Below, piece after piece: positions 36,497 through 46,229 of a DNA stretch of 64,000 nt. The stretch spans positions 443,911 through 507,910 of the IMG/VR virus record IMGVR_UViG_3300049793_000366. One strand, 5' to 3'. Position 1 is the first letter of the stretch. Every line of letters starts with the position of its first letter. Below the pieces are notes generated by a model, which worked only from the letters and a program-made list of their open reading frames with translations, did not search any database and was not told the DNA's origin. Both the position numbers and the translations under genes were made by a program.

Positions 36497-36703
36497 TTAG
36501 TAATCATCGTCAGAGTCTTCGTCTTCTTCTCTATCATCATCACCCAGTAACGAATCAACTACGTCACCAACGATACCACCCGCACCCCTTGATACTTCTG
36601 TCTCAAATGCGTCTTCGATGAATGAATCATCATGGTCTTTATCAATCGCATCATGTACTTTAGATGCTGTGAATAATCCTGCTAATGCTCCAAATAATCC
36701 CAT
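36497..36703 (-). CDS. Small Gly-rich/acidic protein
   Basis: MGLFGALAGLF...GAGGIVGDVVDSLLG; acidic tail. Confidence 0.7.
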   Translation of the reverse strand: MGLFGALAGLFTASKVHDAIDKDHDDSFIEDAFETEVSRGAGGIVGDVVDSLLGDDDREEDEDSDDDY

Positions 36704-36719
36704 TGTGTTTAATTTTATT

Positions 36720-36751
36720 TAAATATACGTATAATAATCCGGATCACCAAA
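36720..36751 (-). promoter_or_regulatory. Early promoter
   Basis: TTTGGTGATCCGGATTATTATACGTATATTTA on -. Confidence 0.75.
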
Positions 36752-36754
36752 CCA

Positions 36755-37432
36755 CTATTTCTTCTTGCTAATTGCTTTCTCGTGCTTGATGGTTTGTTCT
36801 ATCTCTCTTTTAATACCAGACATAAGAGAAGTTGAGTACTCAACGCATTCATATAAGTGAAACGTATTGTCACCCATTTCTTCAATCTTCTTGAAGTCAG
36901 CTAACATATCTAAGTCTTGTTGACTTACCTTACCGTTGAGGTGTTCAAGCATTCTACGTGTAAACGCACTGGAATACTCGTAGGTAAAGATAAACCCTTC
37001 ACTGGTAAAGCTATCAGCTTCTACCTTATAATCTCTTTGCTTGTATTTGGTTAACTCTTTCGATGGGTTATGAAGCTTACGGATATGGAACTTACCATTT
37101 GCTTTATCATCTATAACAATGATGTGTTGTAGGTTGGGACCGTAGATGGTTTCATCATCGATAACCAACACGTCTAATTCGTCAGTAAGCTTTAACACCT
37201 TACACTTCAATGAATGCTTATCATCGTAGTTCTTGATGCTATTATCGCGGGAGTGCTTGAAGATATAATCAGCAAAGCTTTTAATCTTATCGGCTTGTTG
37301 CTTAACCATTTCATTGATAACACCTACGAGGAAGTGATTATCTATACCAAAAGCTTTTCTATCATCATACTGTAATGAAATGATTTCTTTAGCTATGCGC
37401 TGTTCAGCTTTTTGACGTTGGTCGAAATTCAT
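36755..37432 (-). CDS. Hypothetical protein
   Basis: MNFDQRQ; follows promoter. Confidence 0.75.
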   Translation of the reverse strand: MNFDQRQKAEQRIAKEIISLQYDDRKAFGIDNHFLVGVINEMVKQQADKIKSFADYIFKHSRDNSIKNYDDKHSLKCKVLKLTDELDVLVIDDETIYGPNLQHIIVIDDKANGKFHIRKLHNPSKELTKYKQRDYKVEADSFTSEGFIFTYEYSSAFTRRMLEHLNGKVSQQDLDMLADFKKIEEMGDNTFHLYECVEYSTSLMSGIKREIEQTIKHEKAISKKK

Positions 37433-37453
37433 ACGATAAGGGTTTAATGTCCT

Positions 37454-37485
37454 CAAATATACGGATAATATTCCGTATTACCAAA
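37454..37485 (-). promoter_or_regulatory. Early promoter with dyad
   Basis: TTTGGTAATACGGAATATTATCCGTATATTTG on -. Confidence 0.8.
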
Positions 37486-37870
37486 TACGTTTGTTTACCT
37501 CAATACTACCAGAGGTATAGAACCTTAATCTATATGGATTCTCCTTATCATTCCATTGATAAATGATACCTACGTTATCCATGTCACACTTACGGGCAAG
37601 CTTTGTAAGCCTACCGAAGATAGCATCCTCTATCCTATAACGAATCTCTCTACCATCAAGAGCATACTTCAATTCTTTGTGTCGCCATAGGTCTCGTCTG
37701 ATACGGGTATCTTCATTGAAGTCTATCTCAGTAATGACGGTGATGTTATGTGGGTAGTTGGGTGGATATAGTTCACAGCGGGCTAATGTCAAGTCTGGTT
37801 GATTCTCCAGCTCGAAGCTGAATATATCTAAGATACTTAGCTCAGTCTTATTAGGATCACGCATCAACAT
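37478..37870 (-). CDS. Hypothetical protein
   Basis: 130 aa. Confidence 0.7.
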   Translation of the reverse strand: MLMRDPNKTELSILDIFSFELENQPDLTLARCELYPPNYPHNITVITEIDFNEDTRIRRDLWRHKELKYALDGREIRYRIEDAIFGRLTKLARKCDMDNVGIIYQWNDKENPYRLRFYTSGSIEVNKRIW

Positions 37871-37871
37871 A

Positions 37872-38192
37872 CTAATCTTCTTTCTTTACCGATACAGTTC
37901 CTTCATTGTGTGAATGTACGGAGTATGTCTTATAACCTGAGTTTTTACCATAAAAGATTGTTATCCAACCAAACCAGCGATTGATGAACTTAACTACCTT
38001 ACCAATACGGACATGGTTCATATAGTCTTTAGGTGTACAAAGAACCTCACCACAGTTAGGGCATGGCTTATTGACATAGTGTAACAGTTCTTCATCTGGG
38101 TTAGCTCCTTTGGTATGTGTGACAATATAGCCACAACCTGGCTTATCGCAGGTCACATCGGTTTGGGTACCAGCATCAATTAATTGTCTCAT
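37872..38192 (-). CDS. Zn-ribbon protein
   Basis: CDKPGCG...PCPNCGEVL. Confidence 0.7.
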   Translation of the reverse strand: MRQLIDAGTQTDVTCDKPGCGYIVTHTKGANPDEELLHYVNKPCPNCGEVLCTPKDYMNHVRIGKVVKFINRWFGWITIFYGKNSGYKTYSVHSHNEGTVSVKKED

Positions 38193-38197
38193 GTGTA

Positions 38198-38317
38198 TTA
38201 GATTAATCCTAAGGTTTTCATTGATAGTAATATAGCTATTGCGGCTGTAACGCCTGTAACAATACAACCTAATAGGAACCCTCTTAGGAATGCTTCTCGT
38301 TTAAGTTTTTGAATCAT
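38198..38317 (-). CDS. Small membrane peptide (39 aa)
   Basis: MIQKLKREAFLRGFLLGCIVTGVTAAIAILL; 5 nt after promoter. Confidence 0.6.
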   Translation of the reverse strand: MIQKLKREAFLRGFLLGCIVTGVTAAIAILLSMKTLGLI

Positions 38318-38322
38318 AGAAA

Positions 38323-38354
38323 CAAATATACGGATAATAATCCGGAATATCAAA
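38323..38354 (-). promoter_or_regulatory. Early promoter with dyad
   Basis: TTTGATATTCCGGATTATTATCCGTATATTTG on -. Confidence 0.8.
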
Positions 38355-38371
38355 TTATAATATATACAACT

Positions 38372-38788
38372 ATGAAACATCTTAGAAGATTTAACGAATC
38401 AGTAGAATTAGATTATGCTCCAATCTTTACGGAGTTACTTGAAGAAGATTTAGGTGCTGTGGCTATCTTTGATTTAGTAGAGGATTGGGAAAATGGTGGT
38501 GCTGAGTTTTGGTATTTTACAAATGATGAGATGGATGGTGTAAAGGTATCTGATGTAAATGATAAGATAAGTATGACCAAGGATCTATTGACTGCTAGTA
38601 TTCTTGACGCATTAAAGGATGGTACAATAATGGATAACCCATCTAAGGTAATATGTATTGTTTATAACCCTGAGCCAGTAGTACAAGAGCTAATCGATAA
38701 AATAAAACGTAAGTGTGGTAAGGTAAGTACTACAGTAAGAACTGGTACATGGGGTATTTATAGTGAAGAAACAATCCTAATATTCTAA
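38372..38788 (+). CDS. N-tag hypothetical protein
   Basis: MKHLRRFNE; TAATATATA at 38358-38366. Confidence 0.75.
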   Translation: MKHLRRFNESVELDYAPIFTELLEEDLGAVAIFDLVEDWENGGAEFWYFTNDEMDGVKVSDVNDKISMTKDLLTASILDALKDGTIMDNPSKVICIVYNPEPVVQELIDKIKRKCGKVSTTVRTGTWGIYSEETILIF

Positions 38789-39003
38789 TCTGTCTTAAGA
38801 CTTCTCACGTATTCATTGTGAACCTTTACTATATGTTCAGCATAGACTTTAGGTATACATCCGGAAGATGCTATATACATTTCGTGACCACCATCGCTTC
38901 TTATCTCAACCACTGGTTCTATAATAGCACACCAGCATCCCTCATCATTACATGAGGTTGTTTTCCATTCAGTTGTAAGTATCTTATTATCTAATTCGTC
39001 CAT
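38785..39003 (-). CDS. Hypothetical protein
   Basis: W...C..EGCWC; AEHIVKVHN. Confidence 0.65.
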   Translation of the reverse strand: MDELDNKILTTEWKTTSCNDEGCWCAIIEPVVEIRSDGGHEMYIASSGCIPKVYAEHIVKVHNEYVRSLKTD

Positions 39004-39060
39004 ATTTAATTGTATAGTAAAATGTAATATTGTTCTAAAATATTCTTATATTTACACTGA

Positions 39061-39447
39061 ATGAATATTGATATAGACAAAGAGAAATTTAAAGAGTACG
39101 TCAATACCAAACGTGTAGATGATATTCGTATATGTCATATACATTCTATTGCTTTAAACCAAATGAGATATCATAAAGGTCAGCTACCCAAAGATTCTAT
39201 GTATGCTGATATACTCGATACGGTTGGATATGTCGATTTAATTATGGTTAAGCCTATATGGGATGGGTGGAAGTTTATAGATGGTAGAATGGGTGGTACA
39301 ATCACTCAGTTTACCAATACATGGGCATATCGCGTGAACAGAAGCAATAATAGGTTCAACCTTGACAATTATAAGAAATGGTTGATTGAAGAGCGCGATT
39401 CGAAGATACAGACACTACTCAGTGTTAAGGAATGTAAGATTAAGTAG
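39061..39447 (+). CDS. C-tag hypothetical protein
   Basis: ERDSKIQTLL. Confidence 0.7.
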   Translation: MNIDIDKEKFKEYVNTKRVDDIRICHIHSIALNQMRYHKGQLPKDSMYADILDTVGYVDLIMVKPIWDGWKFIDGRMGGTITQFTNTWAYRVNRSNNRFNLDNYKKWLIEERDSKIQTLLSVKECKIK

Positions 39448-39606
39448 CCTATCCTTTTGAGGGTCTGGTAATAGTTGTCTCAGGTTAAATGTCCTGAGAC
39501 ACTTCTTAGTCTTTTGATGTCTATCTAATTTCATAATCATATTATTACCACTGAGGTACTTACCGCACTTTATACAAATGGTTGATTCTTTCATCGTCAT
39601 GGACAT
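39415..39606 (-). CDS. Small Zn-finger-like protein
   Basis: CIKCGK...RHQKTKKC; LRTFNLRQLL. Confidence 0.5.
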   Translation of the reverse strand: MSMTMKESTICIKCGKYLSGNNMIMKLDRHQKTKKCLRTFNLRQLLPDPQKDRLLNLTFLNTE

Positions 39607-39663
39607 GATGTAAAGATATGGACATTTATTTAAACTACCAATAATATTATTTCTATAATTCAT

Positions 39664-40185
39664 ATGAGTAATTTGATATTCAAACAGAGCAGGGATATAA
39701 AAGATTTCAGACCATTGATAGATTCGTTGATACCTGACTTCGATTATGTATTCCTTCATACGATATTACAGTGGTGTAATCTTGCGAGTGACCCTTATGA
39801 TAAGTCTCAACACTGGGAAGTATACCTCTTCTACACTAAAGAGAATCCTGATGAGGTGATTGGGATATGTGGTTTATATTCCTTAGCACCACACAGCACG
39901 AAGGAACTTTGGTTGGGATGGTTTGGTATTATACCAGAGCTACGTAATAAAGGATATGGTAGGGAAGTGATGGAGTTATTATACAGCGAGGCTAAGAAGG
40001 TTGGGTGTGAGCAGTTGATGTCATACGTTGATAAGGAAGGTAAGCCCTTAACATTTTATAAGCGAGAAGGGTTTGAGGTGATTGGTACAGTCGAAGAGTT
40101 TTTAAGGGATAGTAATATGCGTCAGATAGACGGTGATGCTTTCGAGAGTCCGGAAGACTTCGTTATAAGAAAGTATTTAAGATGA
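39664..40185 (+). CDS. GNAT N-acetyltransferase
   Basis: WLGWFGIIPELRNKGYGREV; FYKREGF. Confidence 0.85.
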   Translation: MSNLIFKQSRDIKDFRPLIDSLIPDFDYVFLHTILQWCNLASDPYDKSQHWEVYLFYTKENPDEVIGICGLYSLAPHSTKELWLGWFGIIPELRNKGYGREVMELLYSEAKKVGCEQLMSYVDKEGKPLTFYKREGFEVIGTVEEFLRDSNMRQIDGDAFESPEDFVIRKYLR

Positions 40186-40367
40186 GGTTTAAACGTAAAT
40201 ATTGGTGTCGTATGTTTCATATGGCTTATTCTTTAGATAAAGAAAGTCAACGTGAATATCAATTGGATGCTATACTAAATGATAAAGAATCATACATCGA
40301 TGGTAAGTATTGTCCTACGTGTGGACACTGTTGGGAATACTTACCAGCACAATTATACCCCAAATAA
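40182..40367 (+). CDS. Small protein with internal C-tag and CxxC
   Basis: QREYQLDAIL; YCPTCG. Confidence 0.6.
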   Translation: MRFKRKYWCRMFHMAYSLDKESQREYQLDAILNDKESYIDGKYCPTCGHCWEYLPAQLYPK

Positions 40368-40369
40368 CT

Positions 40370-40792
40370 ATGGAATCATATATTAAAACAAAGATTGAGG
40401 ATTTTATCACTATACTATTGGAATCAAAGCTAGACATGGTGATGTTTGATATCTATATGACTGAGCGGTACAAGACCAAGAAGCATTGGTATACGTTTAA
40501 GATTGATACGAAAGTACCAGTGAAGCCTAATTCAATATATGGTTTAAGCTTTTCATTCAGTACACAGATGGTTACATTTTCGGTATGCGTGGATGATGGT
40601 AGTATCATATTGGAGAAGGATGACTATTTAACGTTTAAAGATACTGATATCGAATTTGCTAAGAAGTGTGCAATTCTAATTGAAGAGAAGCATAAGATAA
40701 AGCAAGTGACAATATTGGATAGTATAGTAGATACAACGAACACTGAGCTTAAGTTGAACCGTGAGAGTAATATAAGTAAATTAAAGATATAG
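40370..40792 (+). CDS. C-tag hypothetical protein
   Basis: NRESNISKL. Confidence 0.7.
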   Translation: MESYIKTKIEDFITILLESKLDMVMFDIYMTERYKTKKHWYTFKIDTKVPVKPNSIYGLSFSFSTQMVTFSVCVDDGSIILEKDDYLTFKDTDIEFAKKCAILIEEKHKIKQVTILDSIVDTTNTELKLNRESNISKLKI

Positions 40793-41085
40793 TGGTTATT
40801 ACGACTAAAGTATATTGTATAAGGGATTGGTATTATAATAATGCTGAGAAGCCTGTGTTTATTAATAGCCACACATATGGTGCTATTAAGGGTAGCAATA
40901 CCTATATAGTAGTATCTGATGATATTGGTTCGATGGCATCTAATGTACCAATTACTTTTCATGTAAATGATGATATTGATTGGAATGATAATAGAACATT
41001 CGGTAAATATTTTATAACCGAGGTAGAATATAAAGAGAGTAATAGAGATACTAAAATTAATGAAATAATTGACGATGTATTTTAA
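40792..41085 (+). CDS. CIK-family protein with C-tag
   Basis: VYCIRD; NRDTKINEII. Confidence 0.7.
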   Translation: MVITTKVYCIRDWYYNNAEKPVFINSHTYGAIKGSNTYIVVSDDIGSMASNVPITFHVNDDIDWNDNRTFGKYFITEVEYKESNRDTKINEIIDDVF

Positions 41086-41359
41086 TCCTGCATTGAAAGT
41101 AATAGCGGTTCAACCATCTAAGTTCAGTGGTCCCGATGGTGATTACCTTGCTCCTGATATAACAGTTGGTAATGCATATGAAGTTGTCTCTACGGATAAG
41201 TTTGTATTTGAAGACAATCGGTTTAGTGAATTAGTAGGTTCTGTACCAGAAGAATATCTATTAGTGGATGATTCGGGTAGAACATCATGGCACAATGCTA
41301 AATACTTTAAGACAATCTCTGAGTACAGAGACGATATAATAAATAAAATACTGATATGA
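41075..41359 (+). CDS. SH3-like small protein with C-tag
   Basis: ITVGNAYEV..YLLVDDSG; YRDDIINKIL. Confidence 0.7.
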   Translation: MYFNPALKVIAVQPSKFSGPDGDYLAPDITVGNAYEVVSTDKFVFEDNRFSELVGSVPEEYLLVDDSGRTSWHNAKYFKTISEYRDDIINKILI

Positions 41360-41772
41360 GTAAAGAAGAAAACAAACAAGCATTTTTAGATTTCTGTGAT
41401 AAGCATGAGATATTCGATGCTATTGGTACTCTATGTATCGTTGGCTGTGGTAACCCAGAGATAGTTAAGCTGGTAGGGATTGCACAGGATCACTGTGATT
41501 ACTATTATGTTCTATTGTATCAAGAGAGAGGATTGATATATGATACGTGTGTTGATAGGTGTCAATCACTTAAGGGTAAGATAAAGGATTATGATTATCA
41601 TCTTATGAGATATGATACGGTTACTGAGATGTATTGTAAGAACAGTGATAATACTGTATGTTATGACTTATCCGAATTTAAAGAGCGAGGGATGAGAGGG
41701 AGTATGGGTGTCTATTTAAGTAGAGATGAGATGGTAAATGAGTATAGAGAAATTGATTATAAACTAAGATAA
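41356..41772 (+). CDS. Hypothetical protein
   Basis: Coupled ORF. Confidence 0.7.
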   Translation: MSKEENKQAFLDFCDKHEIFDAIGTLCIVGCGNPEIVKLVGIAQDHCDYYYVLLYQERGLIYDTCVDRCQSLKGKIKDYDYHLMRYDTVTEMYCKNSDNTVCYDLSEFKERGMRGSMGVYLSRDEMVNEYREIDYKLR

Positions 41773-41778
41773 TATAAT

Positions 41779-42132
41779 ATGATACCAAACGGAGTACCAG
41801 TCAGATGTGCTGATTGTTTTGAATACAAGATAGATTGTATGTGTGATGAAAAAATGATAACAAATTTTATAGAGTTAAACGAAATAAGCAAGAATATGTT
41901 AACAGCAAGAGAAGCCAGAGAAATGTCTGACAAAGCAAACAAATCACTTATAGATACTCAGTATGCTGAGGTGAAACGTATAGTAGAAGCTACCTCTAAG
42001 AGAGGTGAGTATCATACTTACATAGAATTATCACTAAGGGCTGATGTGAAGAAGTTATTAATAGAAGAAGGATTTACTATTGGTGAAAGGGAATCTCACC
42101 GTAATGAATCTCATGTGAAGATATCTTGGTAA
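41779..42132 (+). CDS. Hypothetical protein
   Basis: LTAREAR..; ends ISW. Confidence 0.65.
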   Translation: MIPNGVPVRCADCFEYKIDCMCDEKMITNFIELNEISKNMLTAREAREMSDKANKSLIDTQYAEVKRIVEATSKRGEYHTYIELSLRADVKKLLIEEGFTIGERESHRNESHVKISW

Positions 42133-42474
42133 ATGCCAGTCTATTATGAACCACAAACAATAGAGACACTAAAGGATTTGGAATCCGTGTTTAAGTGTGA
42201 GATAGAGAATAACCATGAGTATAACTATACTGGTATACTCGAACTATCATATAACTTCGAACCTGACCAAACGTTAGTTGTATTCCAAGTGGAGTGTGAG
42301 ATGTTAGATATTCCACCATTGAATAAGATACTCAATCGTTTCATAAAGAAGTACAGCATAGCAAAGTGTGAGACAAATACTGATTATCTATTTAGTGATA
42401 ATTGGGAGAATAGTAATATAAAGGTGTCTTGTTTATTTACATTAGATAATAATTGGAAGTCAAATGGCAATTGA
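42133..42474 (+). CDS. Hypothetical protein
   Basis: 113 aa. Confidence 0.65.
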   Translation: MPVYYEPQTIETLKDLESVFKCEIENNHEYNYTGILELSYNFEPDQTLVVFQVECEMLDIPPLNKILNRFIKKYSIAKCETNTDYLFSDNWENSNIKVSCLFTLDNNWKSNGN

Positions 42475-42664
42475 ACCATTAAATTTAGATAATATGAGTA
42501 GATTAACCGAGAGGAATTGTGCTGATTGTAATTGTATTATAGATATAATTGTCGATGAATACTATCACAAGAAGCGTAAATTCTTATGGTTTGACTTACC
42601 TACTAAATTCTTATGTGAGGTATGTTACCGTAATTCTAAGATTGAGTCAGTACTCGAATCATAA
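42464..42664 (+). CDS. Zn-finger protein with C-tag
   Basis: CADC...FLW...CEVC-YRNSKIESVL. Confidence 0.7.
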   Translation: MAIEPLNLDNMSRLTERNCADCNCIIDIIVDEYYHKKRKFLWFDLPTKFLCEVCYRNSKIESVLES

Positions 42665-43009
42665 GTCCAGCTTGGATATCTTCATATCCCTTATAGTCTT
42701 GGTATGCTCCATCATAATATCATTAGCATAGCTGACAAACATCATATCTATATTACTGATATATGGTGTGTTCGTGAACTCATCTAGTATTACTTTACAG
42801 ATACATAGTTGATTATCTGTTAATATGAAGCCTTCTTTAGATACCGTGTCTTTGAAGTGATTATCTTTTACATCAATCTTATCCAATAAGTCTTTACTAA
42901 TTGACTCAAGTACAATCAGTACCTTATCAGGAAGGGGATTGCTATCATTAGCAAGTTGTCTTAGGTAGACACAACCAATGATTGAATCATATATTTCACT
43001 ATTATCCAT
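42659..43009 (-). CDS. C-tag hypothetical protein
   Basis: IRDMKISKL. Confidence 0.7.
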   Translation of the reverse strand: MDNSEIYDSIIGCVYLRQLANDSNPLPDKVLIVLESISKDLLDKIDVKDNHFKDTVSKEGFILTDNQLCICKVILDEFTNTPYISNIDMMFVSYANDIMMEHTKTIRDMKISKLDL

Positions 43010-43068
43010 GTTAATTGTATATAAAATAGCGTCATTGTTTTCAAAAATTATCCGTATATTTACACTAT

Positions 43069-43311
43069 ATGATAATTGGTAAGCTTGACGTATATAATAA
43101 GCCCGTAACTATTGGTAGTATAATCGATATACATCAAACGGTTAACGGTTGTACGCTATTCATTGTATTTGCTGAGGATGATATCAGATATCACTATGAT
43201 AAGAACAGACACTATGAATATGATATAGAAGATTTGTTTGATACCCAATTCGAAATAGTTGGTGACTATCGAGACATCTTGGATAATAAGATAAACAGTA
43301 TAATCGAGTAG
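43069..43311 (+). CDS. Hypothetical protein, C-tag variant
   Basis: TATCCGTATATTTA upstream; LDNKINSII. Confidence 0.7.
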   Translation: MIIGKLDVYNKPVTIGSIIDIHQTVNGCTLFIVFAEDDIRYHYDKNRHYEYDIEDLFDTQFEIVGDYRDILDNKINSIIE

Positions 43312-43312
43312 T

Positions 43313-43651
43313 ATGGAATACGATATGTTTAAAAGGATATTATTATCTTATGGTGCTATTTACTTCCCATATACTCTCATTGATTTAAGGAAGAGTAACC
43401 GGGTTGAGCGCATTGACCGTGTGTTGGGTATTGATAGCAAACCGAGTCTATATGAGATATATCTCGTATTGTTAGAAGAGCATTTCAAAAAATACTGTGA
43501 AGAATTTAAGGTTGATATTAGTGTTAAAGATCCGGTATATGAAACTCCAATTAAGATTGAGAGTTATTCCCATGCGATGAAAACTGAGTTATTGTTATCA
43601 TATGCTGGTTGGTTACAGAAAGCAAAGGCACATGAACGCTCAATGTTTTGA
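43313..43651 (+). CDS. Hypothetical protein with internal C-tag-like motif
   Basis: NRVERIDRVL. Confidence 0.65.
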   Translation: MEYDMFKRILLSYGAIYFPYTLIDLRKSNRVERIDRVLGIDSKPSLYEIYLVLLEEHFKKYCEEFKVDISVKDPVYETPIKIESYSHAMKTELLLSYAGWLQKAKAHERSMF

Positions 43652-44092
43652 TTATATGTCCATATTAGTAAAGTCAATCTCATAGATAACAATCTCACAT
43701 GAAGTAATCTTGTAGAATCTACTTCTTTCATTATCATATAGTCTTTTAAGTTCAGTAAGCTTTATTCTATCCTTGCTGATTGGTTTATGTCTATCATTTA
43801 TATTAAGGTAACTGAATTGAAATCCCAACCCCATTGCTGATAACTTTTTTGATAGTATATCAAGGCTCTTGAAGAAGTCACCGTTCAACGGTATGTCACT
43901 TAAAGCCTCATAACCAAATCTGGATATCGGATGTGTCTCATCATCAAGCACAGTTCTACTATGTTGAAAGTCATAGACATCCATCAATGCCTGCATAACA
44001 TTATCAACCTCTGAGCGAGATTTATCTATCTCAACACTAAGGTGTTTGTTTATAATAGTGATATATCCTTCGAATGTCTTAAGGTGTTTCAT
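43652..44092 (-). CDS. N-tag protein, DDY/KKL family
   Basis: MKHLKTFEGY; LSKKLSAMG. Confidence 0.75.
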   Translation of the reverse strand: MKHLKTFEGYITIINKHLSVEIDKSRSEVDNVMQALMDVYDFQHSRTVLDDETHPISRFGYEALSDIPLNGDFFKSLDILSKKLSAMGLGFQFSYLNINDRHKPISKDRIKLTELKRLYDNERSRFYKITSCEIVIYEIDFTNMDI

Positions 44093-44474
44093 GTTCCCAG
44101 ATTGTCATTTTGATTTGAGTATTACCCTGTTCAATTTTCAAATAGGAAGACTTATATCCTTCGGCTTCCAGTTTAAGTATTATCCTCTGACACTTCTTAA
44201 TGATGTTATAATAATCATCAAGCCTTTCATTTAGCTCACTGAATAATCCTTTATCTGATGATACACCTACCGCGTTCGGTGACCTATAAGTACCAACGTG
44301 TGTTTTTAATTGTAGATACACTTCCAATAGTTCAGCACCAGATACATCATCATCGTAGTAGATAATCTCTACGTCATGGTTGTCAGTTATATCAGTCATA
44401 AGATATTTAACCTTATCTGCTAACTTTTTCATACCAGGTGACATTGCTTCGTTGAATCTATATAGGTGTTTCAT
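44079..44474 (-). CDS. N-tag protein, KKL..G family
   Basis: MKHLYRFNE; IILKLEAEG. Confidence 0.75.
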   Translation of the reverse strand: MKHLYRFNEAMSPGMKKLADKVKYLMTDITDNHDVEIIYYDDDVSGAELLEVYLQLKTHVGTYRSPNAVGVSSDKGLFSELNERLDDYYNIIKKCQRIILKLEAEGYKSSYLKIEQGNTQIKMTIWEHETP

Positions 44475-44883
44475 TGTTCTCATATTGTTTTAGTAGGTCA
44501 ATTATCTTATCAGCTAATTCTCTACCCATATCATCCGCATTAACTTCAGTCCACATAATAGCATATTTTATATCTACATTAGCTCCGTTTTCCAATAGGA
44601 ATTTCGTTATATCATAATGCCCTAGTTCAGCCGCATATCTTAGTGTCATACCACTATCAGCATTTATATCTGCTACATTCTTATTAACTATCTTCTTAAC
44701 CAACTCAAAATCACCAAATTTAGCAGCTAATCTCAATGCTCTTGACGCGATATCACGGTATGAAGCATCTCTATTTCTCTTGATGAATAAGCTAAGACGT
44801 TCAATGACATCAGCATTGTTAATACCCAAATCAGATATAAAGGTAAATGTGTCATTCTCCTTAAGATATTTAAGATATTTCAT
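44458..44883 (-). CDS. Ankyrin-repeat protein with N-tag
   Basis: ALRLAAKFGDFELVKKIV..ADIN; TLRYAAELGHYDITKFLLENGANV. Confidence 0.85.
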   Translation of the reverse strand: MKYLKYLKENDTFTFISDLGINNADVIERLSLFIKRNRDASYRDIASRALRLAAKFGDFELVKKIVNKNVADINADSGMTLRYAAELGHYDITKFLLENGANVDIKYAIMWTEVNADDMGRELADKIIDLLKQYENNETPI

Positions 44884-44884
44884 A

Positions 44885-45301
44885 TTAACTATTGTATGGT
44901 TCATCAATTGATATCCTAACTTGTCTGATAACAAGTGGTACAGCATTACCTAAATTTCTATATTTCTCAGGGTGTTCGGTGATATCCTTATGTTTCTTAA
45001 CTAAATAGTCAAGTGAATTGATATATAATGCTCCGGTAGCCACGAATGATATATACAACCCGTATGCTTTAACCTTCTTTTCAGCGCGAAGTAACATCTC
45101 TACGAACTCATCGGTAACTGTTATATCCATGTTAGATTCATAAAGGAATTGACCATCGTGTAGCTTATCAAATACTAGTCCATAATCATCAATCAATTCG
45201 TTCAAACAAGCATCGATGTCAACACGGTATTTATCCTGTATGGCTCTTATTTCCCTGAACATATCAATCATGTAACCTTCGTATAATTTAAGATGCTTCA
45301 T
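44885..45301 (-). CDS. N-tag protein, DDY/KKL family
   Basis: MKHLKLYEGY; CLNELIDDYGL; AAATATATA at 45306-45314. Confidence 0.8.
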   Translation of the reverse strand: MKHLKLYEGYMIDMFREIRAIQDKYRVDIDACLNELIDDYGLVFDKLHDGQFLYESNMDITVTDEFVEMLLRAEKKVKAYGLYISFVATGALYINSLDYLVKKHKDITEHPEKYRNLGNAVPLVIRQVRISIDEPYNS

Positions 45302-45316
45302 AGGGTATATATTTAA

Positions 45317-45348
45317 TTTGCTAATGCGAATTATTGTCCGTACATTTG
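45317..45348 (+). promoter_or_regulatory. Early promoter
   Basis: TTTG-N20-TACATTTG, ATG at 45354. Confidence 0.75.
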
Positions 45349-45353
45349 GTATA

Positions 45354-45656
45354 ATGAAAAATACTATAACAATCAATAATGATGAGATTAGTACTCACTT
45401 ATCATATACTCTTATAGAGAAAGATACCGCCTTTATTGGACACATCACTGCGCTAAATATACCATTCACATCACCTACTAAAGATAAAGCTTCTGATATT
45501 GCTAAAGGTCTTGTAAAAGCTTTATTTCATAAATGGGGAAATACTGGTGGTTTAGAATTAATAAGAGAGAAGATAAAGTCGTTTAATTTCACACAGGTAT
45601 ATGATACGCACTACGAATATAGTTTACCAGTACCAAAATCTTCATATCAAATGTAA
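45354..45656 (+). CDS. Hypothetical protein
   Basis: MKNTITINN; follows promoter. Confidence 0.7.
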   Translation: MKNTITINNDEISTHLSYTLIEKDTAFIGHITALNIPFTSPTKDKASDIAKGLVKALFHKWGNTGGLELIREKIKSFNFTQVYDTHYEYSLPVPKSSYQM

Positions 45657-45970
45657 TGAAAGGCGTTAGAATAAATGAATCAGTCTGGACATCAGACAAT
45701 GGTAATACTGGTAAAGTAGCCATTTTCACCTATGCGGGTGATTTAGATCCAAGTGCTGTATTAGAACAAGCAGTCAGAAACTATGTAGGTGATAGTAAGA
45801 AATATGTAGAACTAATGGATGCTCATATGAACTGCCCCTGGATGCGTGGCATCGTATCTGGTATAAATGATATGAGTCAGGTTGAATGGTCGGGGCAAAC
45901 ACTTAAACAATTTTTACGCGAGAACACAATAAATGAAATATTAAACAATCAAGATGATATTAACACCTGA
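45656..45970 (+). CDS. Hypothetical protein with C-tag
   Basis: LRENTINEIL. Confidence 0.75.
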   Translation: MKGVRINESVWTSDNGNTGKVAIFTYAGDLDPSAVLEQAVRNYVGDSKKYVELMDAHMNCPWMRGIVSGINDMSQVEWSGQTLKQFLRENTINEILNNQDDINT

Positions 45971-46229
45971 ACAATTAAAGAAGTTCGAGCTTACTAAAGC
46001 TATGCACGAACCCGTACATATATGTGCGTTAAGAGTAACACCGAAGTCTTCTCAGAAGAAATACAAGCTTTATGTGCTTAAAAACGGTGAAATCAAGGAT
46101 TTTAAGCTAAAATTCGATGATATTGTGTCATTGGATGTCGTTGGTGGGTATGGTTCTGGTACTATCAGCGTTGAGGATTATGTAGAACGTTCTAATGATA
46201 TATGTAACTATACAAAGAATCATCAGTAA
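45954..46229 (+). CDS. Hypothetical protein
   Basis: Coupled ORF. Confidence 0.65.
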   Translation: MILTPEQLKKFELTKAMHEPVHICALRVTPKSSQKKYKLYVLKNGEIKDFKLKFDDIVSLDVVGGYGSGTISVEDYVERSNDICNYTKNHQ

